A stretch of 61,836 nucleotides of DNA, filler included. It is 3 parts of 3 records of this genome, joined end to end, with 100 filler letters (N's around TTAATTAATTAA, not from the genome) between each part and the next. Parts side by side here need not be neighbours in the genome. Positions count along the whole stretch, not along the records: positions 8,931 to 35,743 come from SRR31156797_2946; 2 more parts are not named here. One strand, 5' to 3'. How positions within the stretch are numbered: the first letter of the stretch is position 1; the number at the start of each line of letters is the position of its first letter. The position numbers and the translations under genes are program-made. Shown here in pieces: positions 9,051 through 18,562 of this stretch. A model generated the notes under the pieces. The model was not told where the DNA came from and did not search any database. It worked only from the letters and a program-made list of their open reading frames with translations.

Positions 9051-10250
9051 TCAATGGCCGATAATGTTGACGCTGATGGTGCATCCCCCGGGGGTGCCCC
9101 CCAGGTTATGGGACAATCCCAGGACCGGATTTTTCACCTGGCGGTCCCCGGCCTTTCCCTGGAGCTGCTTGTACAGTTCATAGGTCATACGCAGGCCGGT
9201 GGCGCCGATGGGATGGCCAAAGCACTTCAGCCCCCCGTCCATGTTCACCGGCAAATCGCCGGAGAGCTCAAAGGTGCCGGCCTCGATATCCTCCCGCATG
9301 CCGCCCCTGGGGCTGAACCCCAGATCCTCATAGATCACGCCCTCGGTGATGGAAAAGCAGTCATGGACCTCGGCCATGCTGATCTCGGCCCTGGGATCCT
9401 TGATGCCGGCCTCTTCATAGGCCTTCTGCCCGGCCACATACGTCTCCTTCACCATGGTCCAGTCATGGCTGGGGTTGAGATAGCCCTCGGAGGGCCCCAC
9501 CGCGATCTGGCAGGCCTTGATCTTCACGGGATCGGGCCGGAAGCTCCTGGCCATGTCGGCCCGGACCACGATGGCGGCGGCGGCCCCGTCGCTCACCCCG
9601 CAGCAGTCAAACAGGCCCAGGGGCCATGCGATCATGGGCGCCTTGAGCACAAGATCCACGGAGATGGGCATCCTGAAGTGGGCCTTGGGGGAGAGCATGC
9701 CGTTTTTGTGGTTCTTGACCATGATCTTTGCCAGCATCTCCCGGCCCTCATCAGGGGAGAGGCCGTAGCGCTCGAAATACCGGGTCGCCATCATGGCAAA
9801 ATGGCTGGGGGCCGTGAAATTACGGCTCCTGAAGGTATTGGGCCCCGTGGACACAAGCCCCATGGCAAGATCGTCCGTGGGCAACCCGCTGTAGCCCGAA
9901 TCCTTGAGTTTCTCCCCCCCCACGGCAAGGGCAATGTCACAGGCCCCGGACGCCACCCCGTACACCGCGTTCCGAAGGGCGTCCGAGGCCGTGGCGCACA
10001 TGTTTTCAAGCCGGGTAATGGGCTTGTAATCCAGCTTCAGGGTGGTTGCCAGGGGCTGGCTCGGGGCCGGCACATTGGACCAGTAGGAGCCCATCCACAC
10101 GGCATCGACATCTTCCGGCCCGATGCCGGCATCCTCGTAGGCTTCATACACGGCGTCGATGATGAGGTCGTCAAAGCTCATGTCCCAGTTTTCGCCAAAC
10201 TTTGTGCACCCCATGCCGATGATGGCCACCTTGTCTTTGATTCCGCTCAT
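9051..10250 (-). CDS. Thiolase-family protein (SCP2/PhlC-like acetyl-CoA acetyltransferase)
   Basis: VAIIGMGCTKFG, ENMCATAS (catalytic Cys), SDGAAAAIV, AEVHDCF, GHPIGATG, HNLGG. Confidence 0.92.
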   Translation of the reverse strand: MSGIKDKVAIIGMGCTKFGENWDMSFDDLIIDAVYEAYEDAGIGPEDVDAVWMGSYWSNVPAPSQPLATTLKLDYKPITRLENMCATASDALRNAVYGVASGACDIALAVGGEKLKDSGYSGLPTDDLAMGLVSTGPNTFRSRNFTAPSHFAMMATRYFERYGLSPDEGREMLAKIMVKNHKNGMLSPKAHFRMPISVDLVLKAPMIAWPLGLFDCCGVSDGAAAAIVVRADMARSFRPDPVKIKACQIAVGPSEGYLNPSHDWTMVKETYVAGQKAYEEAGIKDPRAEISMAEVHDCFSITEGVIYEDLGFSPRGGMREDIEAGTFELSGDLPVNMDGGLKCFGHPIGATGLRMTYELYKQLQGKAGDRQVKNPVLGLSHNLGGTPGGCTISVNIIGH

Positions 10251-11767
10251 TTTCCCCCTCTCCTTACGCCGTTATTTTCGCCTTTGCTCCCCGGCTTTGA
10301 TTGAGCCTGGCCCTTCGAGCCTGATTGTACCGGGTGCTCCGAGCTCGCTTGCGCCTTGCGCACCGGCCGTGACTTCCACCAGTAGACCTGGATGCCGTTG
10401 GTCCGCCTGAACTTCCGGAAGGTCATCTCAACCACCATGTCAATGGCAATCTCTTCGGGATCCCGGTCCGTGATATCCACCATGATGCGGCCCCCCTCCT
10501 CAAAATCCACGGCCGCCACCGTGGTGGGGGGATCCGGGGTCACCCCCAGAAGATCGTGGGAAAAGGTGACCACCCGGCCCTGCCGGTCGGCAAAGGAATG
10601 ATACTCAAAACAATCCTTGGCCCGGCAGTTCATGCAGATCCGCTGGACCGGGTAGTGGACGGTGCCGCACTCCCGGCATTTGGAGCCTTTGAGGGCCATG
10701 CCGCAGTGCCCGTCCCGATACAGGGCCGGTGCGGACACAGGCTCCGGTCGGGGACGCATGGGCGGCTCGGTCTCGACAAGGTTCCGCCAGCGAAGGTATT
10801 TGGGATAGGTGGTAAGGGCCCCCGTGGCAAGCTGGGCTTCCACCCTGCCCCGCTGCCGTGCCAGTATCCGGTCGGTAACCGTGAGGAGCACAATGTCGCA
10901 GCCGTCGCCGTAGTTGACCCACAGGATCCTGTCCCCGGGGGCGGCCCGGTCCAGGGCGTGGCAAAGGAGCAGGAAACTGTGGGCGCACCCGGTGTTGCCG
11001 GCCCTGGGATAAACGGCATCCATGGTGGAAAGTTTCGGGTCCCACCCGAACTTTTTGGATACGCCCTTTAGATACCCCGGGGTGAGCGCGGTGAGCACCG
11101 GCAGGGTGATGTCGGACCAGGAGAGATTGAACTGCGCCATGGCTGCGGTCACGGCCTTGACCACCACCTGGGAAAAGCCCTTTTCCCGAACAAAACGATC
11201 CTCCCAGGAAAGCACGTAAGGGTGCTCCACGGGCCGGAACTGGTCAAAGATCTCATGGTTGACCGAATAATAACCGTCAATCGTTGCAATCACGTCATCC
11301 GAAGAGAGCAGCAGGGCGGCGGCCCCGTCCCCGAAATCCATCTCCTTGGCCCCGTTGGGCGCACCCAGGCGCATGTCCGACGCCGTGACAAGGGCGTTGG
11401 CGGCAGCGTTTCCCTTAAGGGCGTCCAGGGCGGCGCAGATACCGCTGGTGCCGCACCGGAGGGAGCCTGCCACATCCATGGTAAAGGCCCCGGGGGAAAG
11501 ATCCAGGGCGGCGGCCGCAAGGCTGGCCGCCTGTTTTTCGGCATAGGGCGCCGTGGTGGAAGCAAAATAGAACCGGTCCACCTCCCCGGCCGCGCCCTGG
11601 GAAAGGCAGCCCCTGGCCGCCTCCACCGCCATGGTCACCGTGTCTTCATCAAAGTTGGCCACGGCCTTTTCCCCTTTCCTGGGGTGGCCTCCCCAGGTCC
11701 GGGCGATCCCGGACCGCTCCAGCCGGTTATAGGGAATATAGACCCCGTAATCTCTGATCCCTGCCAT
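10247..11767 (-). CDS. HMG-CoA-synthase-like domain fused to a C-terminal DUF35 (Zn-ribbon + OB-fold) domain
   Basis: N-term GIRDYGVYIPYNRL, DEDTVTMAVEAA, GDGAAALLL, AGNTG, NYGDG. C-term GSKCRECGTVHYPVQRICMNC, GRVVTFS, VEMTFRK. Confidence 0.9.
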   Translation of the reverse strand: MAGIRDYGVYIPYNRLERSGIARTWGGHPRKGEKAVANFDEDTVTMAVEAARGCLSQGAAGEVDRFYFASTTAPYAEKQAASLAAAALDLSPGAFTMDVAGSLRCGTSGICAALDALKGNAAANALVTASDMRLGAPNGAKEMDFGDGAAALLLSSDDVIATIDGYYSVNHEIFDQFRPVEHPYVLSWEDRFVREKGFSQVVVKAVTAAMAQFNLSWSDITLPVLTALTPGYLKGVSKKFGWDPKLSTMDAVYPRAGNTGCAHSFLLLCHALDRAAPGDRILWVNYGDGCDIVLLTVTDRILARQRGRVEAQLATGALTTYPKYLRWRNLVETEPPMRPRPEPVSAPALYRDGHCGMALKGSKCRECGTVHYPVQRICMNCRAKDCFEYHSFADRQGRVVTFSHDLLGVTPDPPTTVAAVDFEEGGRIMVDITDRDPEEIAIDMVVEMTFRKFRRTNGIQVYWWKSRPVRKAQASSEHPVQSGSKGQAQSKPGSKGENNGVRRGGK

Positions 11768-11818
11768 GCTGCCTCCTCTTGTCAGCGCATCTGTTATTGT
11801 CTGTCAAACGTCCGGAGC

Positions 11819-12964
11819 CTAAAGCCCCATGAGCCTTGAGATGATGTTCTTCTGGATCTGGGAGGTGCCCCCGCCAATGGAGAGGATGGGGATGTCCCTG
11901 TAGAACCGCTGGAGATCACATTCCATGGTGTACCCCAGCCGTCCCATCACCTCCATGCCGAGCCGGGTGACGGCCTTGCCCGTCTCCGCGCAGAACAGTT
12001 TGGTCATGGAGGTCTCCTTTACGCACTCCATCTGCTGATCCACCATCCATGCGGACTGGAAGGCCAGCTGGCGGCCGGCCTCAACCCGTGCGGCCATCTC
12101 CGCGATCCGATGCTCCACGGCCTGGTATTTTCCCTGGACGGCACTGATCTTCTGCCGCTCCCTGAGATGGGCCACCAACCCCTTGAGCACCGTCTCCGAG
12201 ATGCCCAGGGCACAGGCGGAAAGCACCAGGCGCTCCCCGTTCAACAGCCGCATCATCTGCTTCCATCCCTGGTTGAAGCACGCCTCCCCGCCGAGGATGT
12301 TCTCCTTGGCCACCTCCACATCCTTATAATAGACCTCGCAGGTGTCGGAACCCTTGTACCCGAGCTTCCGGATGGGCATGGCCCGGTATCCCTCCTGGTC
12401 GGTGTCCACAAGGAAGGAAGTGATCCCCTTGTACCGCGAGGACCCGGTCCGGGTATTGGTAACGGCGATATGGGAGACCGAGGCCCCGGAGATGAACACC
12501 TTGCTGCCGTTGATGCGGTAGGCCCCGTTGACCGGCTCCGCCCGGGTGATGATGTTGGCGGCATCCGACCCCGCATCCGGCTCCGTCAGGGCAAAACAGA
12601 AGAGATACTCCCCGTTCATGAGCCCGGGCAGGAACCGTTTTCGCTGCTCCTCATTGCCGTTCACCTGGAGGATGTTGTTGCCGTAAAGCAGGACATTGCC
12701 CGCGGTCCAGGCCAGCACGGGCAGGCTTTTGGAAATCTCCTCGAAAAAGATCATCAGTTCAATGATGCCGCCCCCGCGGCCCCCGTATTTTTCAGCCACA
12801 TTGATGCCCCAGAACCCTTCGGCGGCAAGCTTTGCCATGATATCACGGGGATACCCGCCTTCCGTGTCATGCCTGCGCGCGACCTCCGGCGGAACCTCCT
12901 GCTGGACAAAGGCCCGTGTCCGTTCCCTGAGTTTCTCCTGCTCCCGGGTAAAACGTCGATCCAT
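11819..12964 (-). CDS. Acyl-CoA dehydrogenase
   Basis: FCFALTEPDAGSDA, INGSKVFISG, KLGYKGSDT, LGYTMECDLQRFYRD, IGGGTSQIQKNII. Confidence 0.95.
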   Translation of the reverse strand: MDRRFTREQEKLRERTRAFVQQEVPPEVARRHDTEGGYPRDIMAKLAAEGFWGINVAEKYGGRGGGIIELMIFFEEISKSLPVLAWTAGNVLLYGNNILQVNGNEEQRKRFLPGLMNGEYLFCFALTEPDAGSDAANIITRAEPVNGAYRINGSKVFISGASVSHIAVTNTRTGSSRYKGITSFLVDTDQEGYRAMPIRKLGYKGSDTCEVYYKDVEVAKENILGGEACFNQGWKQMMRLLNGERLVLSACALGISETVLKGLVAHLRERQKISAVQGKYQAVEHRIAEMAARVEAGRQLAFQSAWMVDQQMECVKETSMTKLFCAETGKAVTRLGMEVMGRLGYTMECDLQRFYRDIPILSIGGGTSQIQKNIISRLMGL

Positions 12965-12977
12965 TGGTCTCTCCCTT

Positions 12978-13919
12978 TTATTGCGATCCGGTTATAGATT
13001 TTTCTCTCTGGTTTTCCTGTTGTTCCGGCAATCCCGCGTCGGAAAATTGGTTTACGACCCCATGGAACTGATCCACCATCTCCCTGATGACGGCTGCCGC
13101 CGGTTTCACGGCATCGGCCTGGGCCACACTCACCCCAGCGCTCCAAAGGTCAAGCCAGCGCCGGGAACCGATCCCGGGCCCGGATGCCACCCCCTTGATG
13201 CTCCTTGCGATCCAGCTGGCCCGGTTGCCGGTGATCCGGTCCGTCTCCACGATATCCCCGGGCCCGGCCGCCACAACCGCCTGCTTATAATCGTCCCTCA
13301 CCCGGGCTTCCCCGGTGGCCACCAGCCGTGTGCCCGTGACCACCCCCCAGGCCCCCAGGGCCAGGGCCGCGGCCATCTGCCGGCCGGTGCTGATCCCGCC
13401 TGCCGCCACCACGGGAAGGGAGGTGTACGCCGTAAGATGGGGCACCAGCACCATCAGGGGCAGTTCGCCCCCGTGGCCGCCGGCGCCCCGGGCCACGGCG
13501 ATCAGGCCGTCCGCCCCCGACGCTTCGGCCCTTTTGGCCTGGTCAAGCTTGATCACCTGGGCAAACACCCGGCCGCCCCTGGCATGGACCTTGTCAAGAA
13601 CAGGGGCGGGCGCCCCCAGGGAGGTGATGAAAAATCCAACCCCCCTGTCCAGGCAAAGATCCAGTTGTTCCTTCCAGGGAAAACGGCCGGACACATGGAT
13701 GTTGACGCCAAAGGGGCGGTCGGTCATGCCCTTGAGGGTTGCCAGGGCCCGGTCCAGATCCGCCAGGGTCCGGTAATTGGGCAGGGCCAGGCAACCCAGG
13801 CCGCCGGCATTGGAAACCGCCGCCGTCAGTTCTTCAAAGGAGACAAGGAACATGGGCGCCCCGATGATCGGCACCTCGATTCCCAGCATCTCCGTCAACC
13901 CGGTTCTGATTCCGGCCAT
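12978..13919 (-). CDS. Nitronate monooxygenase / FabK-like FMN enoyl reductase family
   Basis: PIIGAPM, AVSNAGGLG, RPFGVNI, GAGGHGG, PVVAAGGI, GTRLVAT. Start taken at ATG 13919 (alternative 13937). Confidence 0.9.
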   Translation of the reverse strand: MAGIRTGLTEMLGIEVPIIGAPMFLVSFEELTAAVSNAGGLGCLALPNYRTLADLDRALATLKGMTDRPFGVNIHVSGRFPWKEQLDLCLDRGVGFFITSLGAPAPVLDKVHARGGRVFAQVIKLDQAKRAEASGADGLIAVARGAGGHGGELPLMVLVPHLTAYTSLPVVAAGGISTGRQMAAALALGAWGVVTGTRLVATGEARVRDDYKQAVVAAGPGDIVETDRITGNRASWIARSIKGVASGPGIGSRRWLDLWSAGVSVAQADAVKPAAAVIREMVDQFHGVVNQFSDAGLPEQQENQREKSITGSQ

Positions 13920-13933
13920 GGTTCGCCCCCCTG

Positions 13934-15256
13934 TCATGGTGCTCCTGTCAATATCCTGTTCCGCCCCATCACCTCTTCGGCCACCTGGATGCCGGTGGCC
14001 ACCACCCCGGGAAGGCCCGTGTACCCCAGGGGCTTGACCCCGTCCCCCACGTTATAGAGATTGATCACCGGGGTTTTCATGTCCATGTCCCGCCCCGGAA
14101 GAGCGTGCATCCCGGGCCAGGCGCCCTGGAAGGTGCCGGCCAAAAGCAGCTTCGCCCGGCTGTCAAACCCGGGAAAAACCGCCCTGAGCTCTGCCAGGCA
14201 TTGTTCGATCTCGTGTTGTCCGTCAAAGGGTTCCCCGCCATTCCGGGGCGCCGATCCCGCCACCAGGAGATGGCGGCCTTCGGGAGCCCACTCCGGGCAG
14301 ACCATGGTGGGCTGGTACACGGAGTTGAGGCTTTGGGTGCCGGTCACCAGCAGGTGGTTGCTCTCAAACAGGGGTTCGTCCATGGCGAACTGGAGGGCGG
14401 TGATGGTGGCGGGCGCCATCCGCTGCTCCAGCTCCCGGAGGTAATAATGATCCCGGATGCCTGTCCCAGCCAACCGCGCCGTCTCCCTGGGGCCTGCATT
14501 GGAAATAACCACCGGCGCCGTGATGGACAGGCTTTTCCCCCGCCGTGATACATGGGCCCCCCGGACGATGTTGTTCTCGCTCTTGATAGCGTTGACCCGG
14601 CACCGGGTCCAGATCTCGCCCCCATGGTCCACCACCACCCGCGCCAATGCCTGGGCAAGGGAGAGGCTGCCCTCCCGGGCATAGCCGAAGCGCTGGATCC
14701 CCTTGAGCTTTCTTAAAAACTCAAAATAGGTATGAACCGAAAGCTCGTTGACATTGACGAACAGCACCGCAGATACAAGGGCCTGGAAAATCTCCATGAT
14801 CCCGGGGTTGCTCGTGTACTGCCGGAGCCAGTCCCCAAGGGGCACCCCGGGGGAGGGCGTTCGCCAGTGAAGGGCGCCGGTGATGGCGTTCATCACCGTC
14901 TCCACCTCCATGGCATCGGCCCCGGCGGCCATCATCAAATGCTTCATCCCGCCCCTGGAAGGCACCTGGCAGATCCGCCCGTTGATGAGGTAATGGGGAG
15001 GGCCTGCCGCCCTCACGTCAAAGTCGGCCCCCACCCGCTCAAACAGCTCCTGGACCACTCCCTTTGTCTCCACCCCCACCACGCCGGTGATACACTTGAA
15101 CCCGTCATAATCCATGGTTGAGCAGCGGCCGCCGATCCGCGGCATCTTCTCCGCCACAATCACCCGGAAGCCGTCCGTGGCCAGCAGGGCCGCCGCGGCC
15201 AGCCCCCCCATGCCCGATCCCAGGACAAGGACATCGCAATGCGCTCTATGATTCAT
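13934..15256 (-). CDS. Phytoene desaturase (CrtI)-like FAD-dependent oxidoreductase
   Basis: DVLVLGSGMGGLAAAALLA...EKMPRIGGRC Rossmann motif and C-term KTPVINLYNVGDG. True start ATG 15256 behind an AAAGGAG RBS; the ORF-track extension overlaps the ferredoxin. Confidence 0.88.
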   Translation of the reverse strand: MNHRAHCDVLVLGSGMGGLAAAALLATDGFRVIVAEKMPRIGGRCSTMDYDGFKCITGVVGVETKGVVQELFERVGADFDVRAAGPPHYLINGRICQVPSRGGMKHLMMAAGADAMEVETVMNAITGALHWRTPSPGVPLGDWLRQYTSNPGIMEIFQALVSAVLFVNVNELSVHTYFEFLRKLKGIQRFGYAREGSLSLAQALARVVVDHGGEIWTRCRVNAIKSENNIVRGAHVSRRGKSLSITAPVVISNAGPRETARLAGTGIRDHYYLRELEQRMAPATITALQFAMDEPLFESNHLLVTGTQSLNSVYQPTMVCPEWAPEGRHLLVAGSAPRNGGEPFDGQHEIEQCLAELRAVFPGFDSRAKLLLAGTFQGAWPGMHALPGRDMDMKTPVINLYNVGDGVKPLGYTGLPGVVATGIQVAEEVMGRNRILTGAP

Positions 15257-15446
15257 GGGGCTCCTTTCTGTTCTTTCCCCGGCCAAGGGCCGTGGCCGGA
15301 CAGAAATCAAGGCATTCCAGGCAGGCAACGCAGCGATCCTTATCCACCTCGGCCCGGCCCAGGCTCGTGATGGCCCGGTTAGGACAGACTGGGACACAAA
15401 AGGCACATCCCGTGCATTTTAATGGGTTCACGACAACCATCATCAT
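15246..15446 (-). CDS. 2x[4Fe-4S] ferredoxin
   Basis: CTGCAFCVPVCP and CVACLECLDFCP. Confidence 0.92.
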   Translation of the reverse strand: MMMVVVNPLKCTGCAFCVPVCPNRAITSLGRAEVDKDRCVACLECLDFCPATALGRGKNRKEPHES

Positions 15447-16214
15447 TTACCTGAAAAAGGCCCCGCCGTTCATCACAAGATCGTGGCCGGTCATGTAATT
15501 GGTGGCCGACGATGCCAGGAACAATGCGGCCTGGGCGATCTCCTGGGGCGTGGCCACACATTTCAAGGGCGTGTTCTTGAACTCCGCCGCCATGAGCTTG
15601 TCATTGGTCCAGAGGGCCTGGCTGAACCCTGTTTTCACGATCCTCGGACAGATGGAGTTCACCCGCACGTTGTAGGGCCCCATCTCCATGGCCATCTGCT
15701 TGGTCAACATATTGATCCCGGCCTTGGAGATGCAGTAGGGCCCGAGCCCTTCGGCGGGACTGACGCCCCCGGCGGATGAAATATTGATGATGTTGCCGCT
15801 CTCCTGGTTCTGCATGATCTTGCCCACAAGCTTGCTCAACAGGAAATAGCCCTTGAGATTGGTATCCACGATATGGTTGAACACCTCGAGATCCGTATCC
15901 ACGATGGCCCCCATGGCGGGGTTGGTGGCGGCATTGTTCACAAGAATATCGATTCGGCCGTAGGCGGACATCACCGCTTCCACCAGGTTGTGAAGTTCCT
16001 CCGGCTTTTTCGCATGGGTGGGGACACAGAGGCATTGCCTGTCCATGGCCCGGATCTCCTTCGCCACCTCCTCAAGCCCCTCGAGTTTCCGGCTGGCGAT
16101 GGCGATATCCGCCCCGGCATCGGCAAAGGCAAGGGCGGTCTCCCTCCCGATGCCCCGGCTTCCCCCTGTGATAAGGACGATTTTCCCGCTGAAATCAAGA
16201 TATGAGCAATCCAT
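15447..16214 (-). CDS. Short-chain dehydrogenase/reductase
   Basis: TGGSRGIG, NNAA and YCISK motifs. GAGGAG RBS. Confidence 0.95.
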   Translation of the reverse strand: MDCSYLDFSGKIVLITGGSRGIGRETALAFADAGADIAIASRKLEGLEEVAKEIRAMDRQCLCVPTHAKKPEELHNLVEAVMSAYGRIDILVNNAATNPAMGAIVDTDLEVFNHIVDTNLKGYFLLSKLVGKIMQNQESGNIINISSAGGVSPAEGLGPYCISKAGINMLTKQMAMEMGPYNVRVNSICPRIVKTGFSQALWTNDKLMAAEFKNTPLKCVATPQEIAQAALFLASSATNYMTGHDLVMNGGAFFR

Positions 16215-16272
16215 GGTTTTCTCCTCATTTTAAGTTTTGGATCTATAATTTTCGTGAGATGCCTTTTACTGT

Positions 16273-16288
16273 TGCAAATGGGATGCCA
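16273..16288 (-). promoter_or_regulatory. Sigma54 (-24/-12) promoter of the SDR-to-thiolase operon
   Basis: Minus strand TGGCAT-CCCAT-TTGCA, exact consensus spacing, about 60 nt upstream of the SDR start. Confidence 0.85.
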
Positions 16289-16341
16289 GGCGAAACAACG
16301 CCTGTTTACGCGAGGTTACAGGATTTGGGAATTCTCCGGGA

Positions 16342-16373
16342 TCAACATATTGACTCTTTGTTCAACATGCTGC
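16342..16373. promoter_or_regulatory. Tandem palindromic enhancer (UAS) for a sigma54 activator
   Basis: TCAACATATTGA (16342-16353) and TCAACATGCTGC (16362-16373). The same motif pair occurs at 23879-23911. Confidence 0.7.
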
Positions 16374-16441
16374 TCAAATTTGCGCCGGGAGAATCAAATT
16401 CAGGAAGTGGCGCCGACTCAAATATTACTTATCATTTTTAC

Positions 16442-16468
16442 TAAAGTTATAGATCCCGCCGCCGATGT
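16442..16468 (+). promoter_or_regulatory. Sigma28 (FliA) promoter
   Basis: TAAA-N15(GTTATAGATCCCGCC)-GCCGATGT versus consensus TAAA-N15-GCCGATAA, 55 nt upstream of the 663-aa ORF. Confidence 0.75.
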
Positions 16469-16523
16469 TTTTACCATATGCTCTTAAGTTCATATAAACG
16501 GCGCCATAAAACAGGAGACAAAA

Positions 16524-18515
16524 ATGACCTCTGTGCATCTGACAGCAATCGGCAACGCACCCGCCCACTCTTTGTTGAAAACACCGCCTGAAGCTCTTAA
16601 AGTGAACGCCCAGCAGCCAATCGCTTCCAGGGGCAAGGCCCAGGGGCCGAAGCCCCTGGATGAAAAAGTCACCATAACCTCCGTTCACTGCATCCCGGGC
16701 CCCAAGACGCATGTAGATACAACACTCTTTGAAATGTCACCGGAACTCAAGGAGATTGCGGCCACGGCAGGGGTTCGGGAGGAGGAGTTGATGCAACTCA
16801 TTGACCAGCTCCACGGCGAGGACCGGTCAAATTTTCTGTCGGCCCTGACCAAGAGCGGAGACAATGCCCGGGACCTGATCCTTACCACCATGATACTTGA
16901 TGGCAAAGAAAGGGGAATGTTCCTGGACCTTGCGGAAACCCTTTCGGGAAAGGGCCTCAACAACTTTCTTACCGCCGTCACCAACTCCCCCAAAGATATT
17001 GGAACCCTGATGGAGACCGCCGCCACCCTGTCAGACAACCAGCTTGAGAATTTTATGTCGGCGGCGGCCATGGCCGATGAAGATATCTCCGTATTGACAG
17101 ATAAGGTCAACGTCCTCCTGGAAACATCAACGACCTCCGGGAAAGAGGCGCTGTCCAGCTTTTTGTCTGCCGCGGCCAAAAGCGGCCGGTATGTGATAAA
17201 TTTCATGGAAAAGATCCAGGCGGTTTCCAAGGAGACCGGCGACAACATCATCGCCCATATCAATGTCCAGCCCCCCGGGGAAGACCTGGATAACTTTATC
17301 TTGATGATGGACGGCGCAAGTGAGGACGCCATCAACACCATCATAGAGATCACCCCGGAACTGGACCAGCAGGACAGGAAAAGTTTCCTCAAGACCGCCT
17401 CCCGCCTGGACGGCGGCCTGGAAATGTTCATCGATAAGATCAAGACCTTTGAGCGGGACCATCCCGGCGCCACGCCCACGGATTTTTCCAATTTTATCAC
17501 CACGGCCGGCAAAGCCGGCAACCAGATCGGAAATTTCCTGGAGCTGTCCGGCCGGATCGATCTTGGCGTCACCAGCAAATTATCCACTGTGGACACGGTC
17601 AATTTCCTGGTGGCCGCGGATAAGGCCGGCAGGAAAAATCTCGCCCTGCTGACAGAGCTGACCCAACAGTTTGAAGGCACCGACAGGAGCAACCTTCTCT
17701 ATGGGGCCGCCTACAGTCAATCGAATCCCGGGGAATTCCTCTCCCAGGTCAAAGAGATCGAAAGTAACAAACGATCCGATTTTCTCCTTTCCGCAGCCAA
17801 TGAGAACCAGGACACGGCCGGCCCGGCCATTTACATGAAAGGACTTCTTTCGGACAAGGCCTACGAAGCGTTCAAATCCGCCGCCAAGGCCATGGATGAA
17901 GACCAGCTCGAAGATCTCGTGGCCATCACCAATGAATTGGACGAAACCGACCGAAACAATCTTTTCAAAATGGCCTCGGCCGCCAAAGAGACAACCGATG
18001 AGCTCCTGAATGTCGTCACCCTTGTCTCCGGGACCGACCGGACAGCGTTCCTGGAGGTGGGCAGCACCCTTATCGGGGAAGAACTGGAAAACTACATCAA
18101 GGCCGCCAATACCGCCGCCATTGACGCTCCTCCGGGCACATTCGCCAAGTTTGTCGACGTCACCGGGGACTTGAGCGGGTACGACCGGCAATTTTTCCTG
18201 GAGACAAGCGCCACGGCCAAGCCCGATATGCTCAAGGACTTCATAGACATTACAAAGGAATTCAACACCAAAGAGGGGCTGGAAGAACGGAACCCGGCCC
18301 TGAAAGAGAAGGCCAAGTGGACCCGGGCAATGCGGACAACCTTTCTGCATGCGGCTTCAAAGGCCGGCGATAACCTGGAAGGAATCGTAGATGCTGCGAA
18401 GGAATTAATGTTCTCGACCTTTAAAGAGCCAGCGGCCTTCATCGGAGTCTTCAGCCTGGCCGCGGAAATAGCAACAGACAAATATCAGGGCAACTTTATC
18501 CAGACCTACGCATAA
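16524..18515 (+). CDS. Hypothetical alpha-helical repeat protein (663 aa), sigma28-dependent
   Basis: AGGAG RBS. Recurrent D-R-x-x-F-L-x-x-A-x-K-A-G-type motifs. Low-complexity N-terminus, no hydrophobic signal peptide. Confidence 0.8.
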   Translation: MTSVHLTAIGNAPAHSLLKTPPEALKVNAQQPIASRGKAQGPKPLDEKVTITSVHCIPGPKTHVDTTLFEMSPELKEIAATAGVREEELMQLIDQLHGEDRSNFLSALTKSGDNARDLILTTMILDGKERGMFLDLAETLSGKGLNNFLTAVTNSPKDIGTLMETAATLSDNQLENFMSAAAMADEDISVLTDKVNVLLETSTTSGKEALSSFLSAAAKSGRYVINFMEKIQAVSKETGDNIIAHINVQPPGEDLDNFILMMDGASEDAINTIIEITPELDQQDRKSFLKTASRLDGGLEMFIDKIKTFERDHPGATPTDFSNFITTAGKAGNQIGNFLELSGRIDLGVTSKLSTVDTVNFLVAADKAGRKNLALLTELTQQFEGTDRSNLLYGAAYSQSNPGEFLSQVKEIESNKRSDFLLSAANENQDTAGPAIYMKGLLSDKAYEAFKSAAKAMDEDQLEDLVAITNELDETDRNNLFKMASAAKETTDELLNVVTLVSGTDRTAFLEVGSTLIGEELENYIKAANTAAIDAPPGTFAKFVDVTGDLSGYDRQFFLETSATAKPDMLKDFIDITKEFNTKEGLEERNPALKEKAKWTRAMRTTFLHAASKAGDNLEGIVDAAKELMFSTFKEPAAFIGVFSLAAEIATDKYQGNFIQTYA

Positions 18516-18562
18516 ACAATCCGGGGTCAGGTCTACACGCTTGATACAGTGACAGCTGCCCC

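Noticed and set aside
13934-15256. Carotenoid biosynthesis role for the CrtI-like genes
   Set aside because: No phytoene synthase, GGPP synthase or cyclase; the context is acyl-CoA catabolism.
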